This document shows positions 12,899 to 20,455 of a DNA stretch of 26,604 nucleotides, piece after piece. Position numbers and translations under genes: made by a program. The notes beneath the pieces were generated by a model. That model was given only the letters and a program-made list of their open reading frames with translations, was not told where the DNA came from and made no database searches. Source of the DNA: Microcoleus sp. N9_A2. GTDB lineage: Bacteria > Cyanobacteriota > Cyanobacteriia > Cyanobacteriales > Microcoleaceae. Position 1 is the first letter of the stretch. Each line of letters opens with the position of its first letter. The DNA lies in NCBI GenBank assembly GCA_036701775.1, contig JAUBRH010000074.1; one strand, written 5' to 3'.

Positions 12899-15571
12899 AT
12901 GCAGCAATTGCACGGATTGTTGCAGGATGGGAGCCGCGTTGCGATCGCCGCTGCGTCGGGAATGGGCGGCATCGGCAAGACAGAATTGGCATGGCAATAT
13001 GCAAACTTTCACCGCGATTACAATACCTATTCAGCCGGGATTTGGTGGCTGTTTGTGCGGGAAATGGGTTTAGCGCCGCAGGTGTTGCAGAAATCGCTGC
13101 GAATGGGAATTCAGCCGCCGGATACTCTGGAAAATCTGGAGGAACGGTTGCAGTTTTGCTACGAAGAGTGGGCAAAAAAAACCTCTGGGAATGCTCTGCT
13201 GGTATTGGATGATGTCAGTGATTACCGGGCGGTGCAGTCGTTTTTGCCTAGAAATCCCCGGTTTAAGGTGTTGCTGACAGCGCGACAAATTGTGCCGCCG
13301 CCTGTTGGGTGTTTGCCGTTAAAAGTGTTGAAACCGGAGGCAGCGCTAAACTTGCTGCGACTGACGGCTGGGGATTTGCCGGGAAACAAACTCAGACGGA
13401 TTGATGCCCAGCTTGAAGATGCTCAAGCGCTTTGTCAGTGGTTGGATTATTTGCCTTTGGGCATTGAACTGGTGGGGCGCTATCTGTGGCGCAAGCGGGC
13501 GCTGTCCTTGGCAGAAATGCTGCAACGGTTGCAGAGTCAGCGATTGGAGGCGCGGGCATTGCAGGAGGCGGAAGCTGGGATGACGGCTAGGCGAGGAGTG
13601 GCAGCAGCCTTTGAGTTGAGTTGGGAGGAGTTGAAACCTCCCGCGCGGACGCTGGGGTGTCTGCTGAGCGTGTTTGCTCTGGCTCCGATTCCTTGGGAGT
13701 TGGTAGCCGACTGTTTTCCAGATTGGGATGAGGAGGATTTGGAGGATTGTCGGGATTACGAACTGCTGGAACAGAGTTTGCTGTCGCTGGTGGAGGATGA
13801 AACCTCAGATCCGGCTCAATCTGGGCTGGTGCAGGCACGCTATCAACTTCATGCTTTGATTCGGGAGTTTTTTGCGGCCAAATTGCAGGGACGCGCCGAT
13901 GCTGAGAATTTGCAGAGAAGTTTTGCGACGGTGCTGACAGCGGTGGCGAAGACGATTCCGCAGACTGTGACGCTGGAGGTGCAGGAACGGGTGAAAGAGG
14001 CGCTGCCCCATTTGGAGCTGGTGGCGGAGCAATGGTCGCATTTGCTGGAAGATAGTGATGCTACGTGGTCTTTTACAAGGTTAGGGGTGGTTGCCCAGGA
14101 ACAGAGTTTGTGGGCAGAGGCCCAGAAGTGGTTGAAAGCTTGCCTCCAGATGACAGAGAAACGCTGCGGAGCTGAACATCCTGAGACGGCAAAGAGTTTG
14201 AACAATCTTGCAGAGCTATACCGTGCAATGGGTCGCTACCCAGAGGCGGAACCCTTGTATGTGCGATCGCTCTCTATTGACGAGCAACAGCTCGGAGCCG
14301 ACCATCCCTATACGGCAAGTAGTTTGAACAATCTGGCAGTCCTGTACAATGCAATGGGTCGCTACGCGGAAGCGGAACCTTTGTATGTGCGATCACTCTC
14401 GATCTGCGAACAGCAGCTCGGAGCCGACCATCCCAATACGGCTCAGACTTTGAACAATCTGGCAGCCCTGTACGGTGCAATGGGACGCTACCCGGAGGCA
14501 GAACCCTTGTATGTGCGATCGATCGCGATCTGCAAGCAACAGCTCGGAGCCGACCATCCCGATACCGCAAGTAGTTTGAACAATCTGGCAGAGCTATACC
14601 GTGCAATGGGACGCTACCCGGAGGCAGAACCCCTGTATGTACGATCGCTTTCGATCCGTGAGCAACAGCTCGGAGCCGACCATCCCGATACCGCAAGTAG
14701 TTTGAACAATCTGGCAGCCCTGTACCATGCAATGGGTCGCTACGCGGAAGCGGAACCCTTGTATGTGCAATCGCTCTCGATCTGGGAGCAGCAGCTCGGA
14801 GTTGACCATCCCGATACCGCAAGTAGTTTGAATAATCTGGCATGGCTGTACAATGCAATGGGGCGCTACTCGGAGGCGGAACCCTTGTTAGTACGATCGC
14901 TCTCGATCTGCGAGCAACAGCTCGGAGCCGACCATCCCAATACGGCAACGAGTTTGAACAATCTGGCAGAGCTATACCGCGCAATGAGACGCTACTCGGA
15001 GGCGGAACCCTTGTTAGTACGATCGCTCTCGATCTGCGAGCAACAGCTCGGAGCCGGCCATCCCAAGACGGCAAGTAGTTTGAACAATCTGGCATTGCTG
15101 TACGAGTCAATGGGACGCTACCCGGAGGCAGAACCCCTGTATGTGCGAGCCCTCACGATTAACGAGCCGCAGCTCGGAGTTGACCATCCCGCTACGGCAA
15201 GTAGTTTGAATAATCTGGCAGAGCTATACCGTGCAATGGGGCGCTACTCGGAGGCGGAACCCTTGTTAGTACGATCGCTCTCTATCCATGAGCAACAGCT
15301 CGGAGCCGACCATCCCGATACCGCAAGTAGTTTGAACAATCTGGCAGGGCTGTACGATGCAATGGGTCGCTACCCGGAGGCAGAACCGCTTTACCTGAGA
15401 GCATTAGAAATCTTGTTTAACCGATTGGGAGAGAATCATCCCAACACCCAAAAAGTTTGGAGCAATTTCATTGATTTTCTCTGGGATGCGATATCAACGG
15501 GTCAAGACTCGCAACTTTCCCAGCATCCAATAACGCAAGCAATGCTTAAGCGACTTCGGGAGACGGAGTAG
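12899..15571 (+). CDS. STAND NTPase: NB-ARC domain followed by ten KLC-type TPR repeats. The coding frame is open upstream to 12773, so the true N-terminus probably lies upstream of this ATG.
   Basis: The P-loop is GMGGIGKTELA, Walker B is LLVLDDV, and LLTAR and YLPLGIELVG (GxPLA-like) are also present. These are followed by ten 42-aa TPR units of the form LNNLAxLYxAMGRYxEAEPLYVRSL. The conserved lead-in NFVGRDEE lies immediately upstream of the listed ATG. Confidence 0.9.
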   Translation: MQQLHGLLQDGSRVAIAAASGMGGIGKTELAWQYANFHRDYNTYSAGIWWLFVREMGLAPQVLQKSLRMGIQPPDTLENLEERLQFCYEEWAKKTSGNALLVLDDVSDYRAVQSFLPRNPRFKVLLTARQIVPPPVGCLPLKVLKPEAALNLLRLTAGDLPGNKLRRIDAQLEDAQALCQWLDYLPLGIELVGRYLWRKRALSLAEMLQRLQSQRLEARALQEAEAGMTARRGVAAAFELSWEELKPPARTLGCLLSVFALAPIPWELVADCFPDWDEEDLEDCRDYELLEQSLLSLVEDETSDPAQSGLVQARYQLHALIREFFAAKLQGRADAENLQRSFATVLTAVAKTIPQTVTLEVQERVKEALPHLELVAEQWSHLLEDSDATWSFTRLGVVAQEQSLWAEAQKWLKACLQMTEKRCGAEHPETAKSLNNLAELYRAMGRYPEAEPLYVRSLSIDEQQLGADHPYTASSLNNLAVLYNAMGRYAEAEPLYVRSLSICEQQLGADHPNTAQTLNNLAALYGAMGRYPEAEPLYVRSIAICKQQLGADHPDTASSLNNLAELYRAMGRYPEAEPLYVRSLSIREQQLGADHPDTASSLNNLAALYHAMGRYAEAEPLYVQSLSIWEQQLGVDHPDTASSLNNLAWLYNAMGRYSEAEPLLVRSLSICEQQLGADHPNTATSLNNLAELYRAMRRYSEAEPLLVRSLSICEQQLGAGHPKTASSLNNLALLYESMGRYPEAEPLYVRALTINEPQLGVDHPATASSLNNLAELYRAMGRYSEAEPLLVRSLSIHEQQLGADHPDTASSLNNLAGLYDAMGRYPEAEPLYLRALEILFNRLGENHPNTQKVWSNFIDFLWDAISTGQDSQLSQHPITQAMLKRLRETE
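14195..15454 (+). repeat. Ten tandem 126-bp coding repeats (42-aa TPR units) with very high internal identity
   Basis: The period of 126 nt was verified at 14195 and 14321. Units begin AGTTTGAACAATCTGGCA. Long stretches are identical between units. Confidence 0.9.
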
Positions 15572-15608
15572 CTGTTGCTGCTAGAGCGATTATTGCCAAT
15601 TTCCTACA

Positions 15609-15712
15609 AAACTTACGCATGGGGCCCAGAAATCGGGTTTTTTCAAGAATACTTCGTTACAGCCCGCAGATTTGGCAAAAAACCCGGTTTCTCTGACGAA
15701 GCGCATAAGTCT
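15609..15712 (+). mobile_element. MITE-like element, copy B
   Basis: The termini are ACTTACGCA ... GCGCATAAGT (inverted). The core aatacttcgttacagcccgcagatttggcaaaaaacccggttt matches copies A and C. Confidence 0.6.
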
Positions 15713-15752
15713 CGATCGCATTAAAAAGAGGTAAATTGCGATTTTTCGTTTG

Positions 15753-15815
15753 GTGGGGGCGGGTTTTTGAGATAGTCTATCTGTGTCAGAAAGGGTTGGA
15801 AAAACCCGCCCCCAC
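15753..15815. repeat. Perfect 16-bp inverted repeat GTGGGGGCGGGTTTTT / AAAAACCCGCCCCCAC with 31-nt loop
   Basis: Read directly from the sequence. It lies between the convergent NB-ARC and ubiD genes. No U-tract follows on either strand, so it is not a classic terminator. Confidence 0.7.
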
Positions 15816-15862
15816 AGGTCGATCGAGGATGTGCGATATCTCAGATTTTACGGTTGATTCCC

Positions 15863-17371
15863 CTACTTCATCTCATATCCAAACAAATTCGGATCGACTT
15901 CTCCCAAATTCAAATCAGCCAAACCATACTCAGCCCAACGCCTTTCTACCATCGCCGCCACATCCGGATCGGACTCCAAAACTTCCCCCCATTCATGATC
16001 GGTTTCCGGCGGCATCTTCGTAGTAGCATCAATCCCCATTCTGCCTCCCAAACCAATCTTTTCACTGGCAAAATCTAACGTATCAAAAGGCGTATTCGGC
16101 AGAATAAATACATCCCGAACTGGATCGACTTTAGAACTAATTGCCCAAACTACTTGACGCGGATCGCGAATGTTGATACTTTTATCGACAACAATCACAA
16201 ACTTAGTGTAAGTAAACTGCGGTAATGCACTCCAAAATGCTAAAGCAGCCCTGCGCGCTTGACCGGGATATGCTTTATCAATCGAGATAATTGCCGCCTT
16301 ATAACTCAGCGCTTCCATCGGTAAGAAGAAATCGACAATTTCTGATACTTGCTGCCGCAAAATAGGGGTATAAATACGGTTAAGCGCGATCGCCATCATA
16401 GCTTCTTCCTTCGGCGGTCGCCCGCTAAATGTGGTTAGATAAATCGGGTCTTTGCGGTGCGTCATGCAGCTGAACCGAACCAGCGGCGAATCTTCCACGC
16501 CGCCGTAATAACCCATGTGATCCCCAAAGGGCCCGTCTGGCAGAACTTCCCCCGGTGTAATCGTTCCTTCTAACACGATTTCCGAGTCCGCCGGTACTTC
16601 CAAATCTACGGTTTTGCACTTCGCCAATTGCACGCCGGAACCGCCGTAAAGTCCGGCAAATAACCATTCCGATAAATCTACAGGAATTGGCGTTGCTGCG
16701 GCGAGAATGATTAAAGGATCGACTCCCAGGGCGATCGCAACTTCCAATTTTTTACCAGCCTGCGCCGCTTTCCGCAAGTGCCGCGCGCCGCCCCGGACAG
16801 ATAACCAGTGTACAGTCATCGTGTTTTTTGACTGCAATTGCAAGCGATAAACGCCCACATTCGGCGTGCCGGTTTCGCAATCCTTGGTAATTACTAAACC
16901 GAGGGTGATAATTTTGCCCGCATCTCCCGGATAGGGGCGAATCATCGGGATTTTGTTCAAATCCACGCCTTCTCCTTCAAACACCACTTGCTGACAAGCT
17001 GGGAAGAAATCGCGGCCTGGTTTGGCTTTCACTACGTCGAACAAGACTTTGCCGAATTCTATGGCTTGGGATATCTTTTTGGGCGGTTTTGGCTGTTGTA
17101 GCATTCCCAATTTTTTGCCGAGCTCTTCTAGTTCGATCGGCTTTTCCATGTTCATCGCCCAGCAAACCCGTTGTTCCGTGCCCAACAGGTTAATCGCCAC
17201 GGGGAATTCTGCCCCTTTGACGTTTTCAAACAAAAGTCCGGGCCCGCCTTTGACCAGCATTTGGTTGGAAATTTCGGCTATTTCGAGGTCGGAATCGACT
17301 AAAGCGCTAATCCGGCGCAGTTGTCCCCGTTCTTCTAGCAGTTTTAGGAATCCCCGCAAGTCTCTAGCCAT
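15863..17371 (-). CDS. ubiD: UbiD-family decarboxylase (4-hydroxy-3-polyprenylbenzoate decarboxylase type; quinone biosynthesis)
   Basis: 502 aa. The N-terminus reads DLRGFLKLLEERGQLRRISALVDSDLEIAEISNQMLVKGGPGLLFENVKG, and the protein resembles UbiD over its full length. Confidence 0.92.
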   Translation of the reverse strand: MARDLRGFLKLLEERGQLRRISALVDSDLEIAEISNQMLVKGGPGLLFENVKGAEFPVAINLLGTEQRVCWAMNMEKPIELEELGKKLGMLQQPKPPKKISQAIEFGKVLFDVVKAKPGRDFFPACQQVVFEGEGVDLNKIPMIRPYPGDAGKIITLGLVITKDCETGTPNVGVYRLQLQSKNTMTVHWLSVRGGARHLRKAAQAGKKLEVAIALGVDPLIILAAATPIPVDLSEWLFAGLYGGSGVQLAKCKTVDLEVPADSEIVLEGTITPGEVLPDGPFGDHMGYYGGVEDSPLVRFSCMTHRKDPIYLTTFSGRPPKEEAMMAIALNRIYTPILRQQVSEIVDFFLPMEALSYKAAIISIDKAYPGQARRAALAFWSALPQFTYTKFVIVVDKSINIRDPRQVVWAISSKVDPVRDVFILPNTPFDTLDFASEKIGLGGRMGIDATTKMPPETDHEWGEVLESDPDVAAMVERRWAEYGLADLNLGEVDPNLFGYEMK

Positions 17372-17451
17372 TTTTTTTAAGAATTGTTAAGTGTATTTAT
17401 TTTATTATTAGCCCATCGGCCACCATAAAGTTAAGCTACCATTGTCAGTTA

Positions 17452-18861
17452 ATGAAAAATCCCCGACGTTCGCCCGATCGATTCCGCCACAGCCGTAGTT
17501 CCCGCAGCCAGCAGTTTTATCAGTCCCAAGCTGTTAGCCAACAAGCTTTTCAGCCTCCATATCCGTTGAGTTGCGAAGGCGCGGAAAGTTCGAGTTCCCC
17601 AGAAACGGCCGTAAAGTGCGATCGGGAAATTGCGATTTTGCTGCTAGATGCAGAAAACTTGAAACTCGACATTAATGCGGAAAAGTTTTTAGCCAGTTTG
17701 TGCAGCTATCCCCTGCAAGTTAAGATTGCTTTTGCTAACTGGAAAAACCCCAGCACCGGTAAGCTGGATACTGAATTGTACGATCGCGGTTACGAACTAA
17801 TTCACGCTCCGGGCGGCGCTAACACCGCTGACGGTAAAATGATTGCCTTTGGTGCTGCTATTTTATACCGCTATCGGGATGTCCGAGAAGTTTTTGTTTG
17901 TTCCTCCGACGGTTTGTTAAATCACCTCTGCAATCAACTTCAAAATCAGGGATTGACTGTGTTTCGGGTGCGTAGTCAAAATGCTGTATTGTCTATAGAA
18001 AATCATCTGACTGGGGAGAGGAATCACTATTCTTGCAAAGAGGAAGTGGAACTCCCTACTTTTGCAGAACTGGCAAATAAAATTGCCGAGTTGCTGAAGG
18101 CAGAACACCAATCTATCGAGGAGCGGATAGCTTGGTTTTCTAGTATTACTCAACTTTTTCAAGAGCGCCGCGCTATCGAATTAACTTCTATAAATTCCAC
18201 CAATATAGAAGCATTCGCATCATCCCCAAAAGATATAACCTGCGAACCAAAAGAACCTGCAACTTCCGACGTTGTTGGCGCAAACATTGAGTACGAAAAA
18301 TTGCCAGAAACTGTCCCTGCTGATCCCGTGACGATCGATTCACTGGAAGTCTTAGAAAATATACTTGTAGAAATTATTGAATCAGAGATAAATAATTTCC
18401 CAAATAATGCTATTAATGTAGCTGAGCTTAAAAAAATATTTTTCATCCGATGTCAAGTTCAGGCCGATCATATAGTGAAAACTTTCTTGGTTGATTCCAG
18501 TTTAGTCAAATTTTTGAAATCGCGTCCTTCTGTATTTCAATTGACATCGAGCGGGAGCGAACATCACGTGAGGATAGTCCAAAAATCTTCGGATTCAAAC
18601 ACTTCTCCATCTGCCACACTGGAATCATCTTTAGCAAAAATTTTGATAGCTTTAACCGCTCAATCTCCAGGTGCTTACATTTCGACTATCCTAGTAGCAG
18701 GTGAATTTAACAAGCAATACGGTCAACCAATTACTAAAAAGCTGAAATCGCTGGATTTGGGCGAGAAATTTCTAGATTTTTTGCAGTCTTGTCAAACATT
18801 TAAAGTCAAGAAAGAGGGTAATGATTATCAAGTGGCGATCGCCCCTGGCTCATCTTTTTAA
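17452..18861 (+). CDS. NYN-domain (PIN-like RNase) protein with C-terminal OST-HTH/LOTUS-like domains
   Basis: The NYN core is IAILLLDAENL ... ANTADGKMI ... VFVCSSDGLL, with acidic residues present. The C-terminal segment FNKQYGQPITKKLKSLDLGEKFLDFLQSCQTFKV is typical of OST-HTH. The protein is a paralog of 25174-26604. Confidence 0.8.
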   Translation: MKNPRRSPDRFRHSRSSRSQQFYQSQAVSQQAFQPPYPLSCEGAESSSSPETAVKCDREIAILLLDAENLKLDINAEKFLASLCSYPLQVKIAFANWKNPSTGKLDTELYDRGYELIHAPGGANTADGKMIAFGAAILYRYRDVREVFVCSSDGLLNHLCNQLQNQGLTVFRVRSQNAVLSIENHLTGERNHYSCKEEVELPTFAELANKIAELLKAEHQSIEERIAWFSSITQLFQERRAIELTSINSTNIEAFASSPKDITCEPKEPATSDVVGANIEYEKLPETVPADPVTIDSLEVLENILVEIIESEINNFPNNAINVAELKKIFFIRCQVQADHIVKTFLVDSSLVKFLKSRPSVFQLTSSGSEHHVRIVQKSSDSNTSPSATLESSLAKILIALTAQSPGAYISTILVAGEFNKQYGQPITKKLKSLDLGEKFLDFLQSCQTFKVKKEGNDYQVAIAPGSSF

Positions 18862-18868
18862 TCTAATT

Positions 18869-18978
18869 AGGACTTATGCAGGGGGATCGGGAACCGGGTT
18901 TGTGTAGGAAAAAACTTGATTGTGACCCGCAGATTTAGTAAAAAACCCGGTTGCTTTGGTCAGGAGTACGTAAGTCCT
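18869..18978 (+). mobile_element. MITE-like element, copy C (best-preserved inverted termini)
   Basis: The termini are AGGACTTATGCA ... TACGTAAGTCCT. The core is gacccgcagatttagtaaaaaacccggtt. Confidence 0.6.
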
Positions 18979-19043
18979 GCTAATGTTAACCATATATTAA
19001 AGAAAGGTTATCGTTTTTGCAGCCATTTCTTAATCATTAAAAA

Positions 19044-19084
19044 CTTAATCTGATGTTAACCATAATTTAAAACAAGCTTATTAT
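19044..19084 (+). promoter_or_regulatory. Candidate Pho box array (SphR/PhoB sites) upstream of pstS
   Basis: Four 8-mers sit at exact 11-bp spacing: CTTAATCT (19044), GTTAACCA (19055), TTTAAAAC (19066) and CTTATTAT (19077). They resemble the cyanobacterial PyTTAAPyPy(T/A) repeat and lie 85-125 bp upstream of the pstS ATG. Confidence 0.45.
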
Positions 19085-19167
19085 TTTCCCTGTTTTTACT
19101 TAGAATTTCAGTCTATCCTATGGAAGAGATTTGTAAAGTCTGCTATTAATACTAAGGACGAGGAGTT

Positions 19168-20196
19168 ATGGTTTTCTTCACTAAAGGCTGGCGACGCGGC
19201 TTGATAGTTACGCTAGCAGTAGCAGCATTTTCGCTCTCGTTGATTACTTCGGCTGTAGCTGCGGTAACACTAAACGGTTCGGGAGCAACTTTTCCGAAAC
19301 CTTTGTACGATCGCTACTTCTCTCAGATGAGAAGTGCAAATCAAATTACTGTAAACTACGAAGGAACTGGCAGCGGTGCTGGTATCAAAGCATTAATTGC
19401 AGGCACTGTTGATTTCGCAGGCAGCGACGCGCTGATGAGTGGTGCACAAATCGCTGAGGTAAAGCGGGGTGTTATGGCGGTTCCGACTGCTGGCGGCGCT
19501 GTTGCAGTTGTTTACAACTTGCCCGGAGTGATAAATCTGAGGCTAAATAATGATGCGATGAAAGGCATCTTTGAAGGGAAGATTACTCGCTGGAATGATG
19601 CGAAAATAGCCGCAATTTCTGGACAAGCTAAAAACTTGCCCAATACTCCAATTCGAGTAGCTGTGCGGGCAGACAGCAGCGGTACTACCTTTATTTTTTC
19701 TAACCACTTGCAGGCGACCGGCAGCAGCATCAAAGCTGCCGCTCAGCCGAAGTGGCCAGACACCGTTGTCAGCGGTCCAGGAAACCCCGGCGTAGCTGCT
19801 TTGGTGAAAAATACAGCGGGTGCAGTTGGCTACGTTCAAGATACTTATGCTCGGCAAAATAATCTCCAAACAGCATTTATTCAAAATAAAGCTGGCAGAT
19901 TTGTAGATCCTAGCTTGGCTGAAGCCGAAAAAGCTTTGGCTGGGGAATCCTTCCCGGCAGACTTCCGCTTGGTAGAAGGAAATCCTAATGATGGATATCC
20001 GATTGTTGGTTTGACTTGGCTGTTAATCTACAAACAGTATCCTGCGGCGAAAGCAGATGCTATTAAAAAGATGGTTAATTGGGTTATGACTACAGGTCAA
20101 GGTATCAACAAACAGCTAGAGTATACCTCGATTCCGCAAGGTACAGCTCAAAAGGTGATTCAAACAGTGAATCAGAGCGTGGTTGCTAGAGGTTAA
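19168..20196 (+). CDS. pstS: Phosphate ABC transporter substrate-binding protein
   Basis: The protein has a signal peptide and the motifs LNGSGATFPKPLY, YEGTGSGAGI and RADSSGTT. Confidence 0.93.
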   Translation: MVFFTKGWRRGLIVTLAVAAFSLSLITSAVAAVTLNGSGATFPKPLYDRYFSQMRSANQITVNYEGTGSGAGIKALIAGTVDFAGSDALMSGAQIAEVKRGVMAVPTAGGAVAVVYNLPGVINLRLNNDAMKGIFEGKITRWNDAKIAAISGQAKNLPNTPIRVAVRADSSGTTFIFSNHLQATGSSIKAAAQPKWPDTVVSGPGNPGVAALVKNTAGAVGYVQDTYARQNNLQTAFIQNKAGRFVDPSLAEAEKALAGESFPADFRLVEGNPNDGYPIVGLTWLLIYKQYPAAKADAIKKMVNWVMTTGQGINKQLEYTSIPQGTAQKVIQTVNQSVVARG

Positions 20197-20216
20197 TTCA
20201 ATTTTTTTCCAATAGT

Positions 20217-20254
20217 TATGAGTTTTGAGTTAAATGTATGACTCAAAACTCATA
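20217..20254 (+). other. Strong stem-loop in the pstS-pstC spacer (possible attenuator or processing/stability element)
   Basis: TATGAGTTTTGAGT-taaatgtatg-ACTCAAAACTCATA forms a 14-bp perfect stem. No U-tract follows. Confidence 0.5.
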
Positions 20255-20407
20255 CATTGCATTTATTAAGATGCAGGCACGCACAATGCTATCTATTTCA
20301 TTAATCAAAGATTTCGCTGTTTACCAGAAAGAATTGGTTTAAAGCCTCTCCCTGGTCGGGAGAAATTAAAAGCAGACGATTCATTACTCCAATCCTCTTC
20401 CTTCCAT

Positions 20408-20436
20408 GTCAACTGTCAACTGTCAACTGTCAACTG
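20408..20436. repeat. Heptamer tandem repeat (TCAACTG)x4, STRR-like
   Basis: gTCAACTGTCAACTGTCAACTGTCAACTG, read directly from the sequence. It lies 20 nt upstream of the pstC start. Confidence 0.85.
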
Positions 20437-20455
20437 AATGAAGCCATAACTCGGT

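Noticed and set aside
14274-15110. 278-aa ORF on the minus strand, plus 14594-14809 (-) and 14842-15078 (+)
   Set aside because: These lie inside the 126-bp TPR coding repeats. Their periodic Arg/Cys/Ser-rich translation is a by-product of the repeat staying open in other frames. The + strand NB-ARC/TPR frame has clear domain motifs.
14195-15454. Regularly spaced 126-bp repeats, and the heptamer arrays at 20408, 22451, 23471 and 23823, considered as possible CRISPR arrays
   Set aside because: The 126-bp units abut one another with no unique spacers and encode TPR motifs in frame. The heptamer arrays are simple microsatellites. No cas genes are present.
10650-15571. Mobile genomic island with its own integrase or transposase
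   Set aside because: No integrase, transposase, tRNA attachment site or long direct repeats were found in the window. Only short MITE-like elements are present, so mobility of the STAND locus is unsupported.
15753-15815. Classic intrinsic terminator for ubiD or the NB-ARC gene
   Set aside because: The 16-bp perfect inverted repeat has a 31-nt loop, and no U-tract follows the stem on either strand. It looks like a member of a dispersed GGGGCGGGTTTTT repeat type rather than a canonical terminator.
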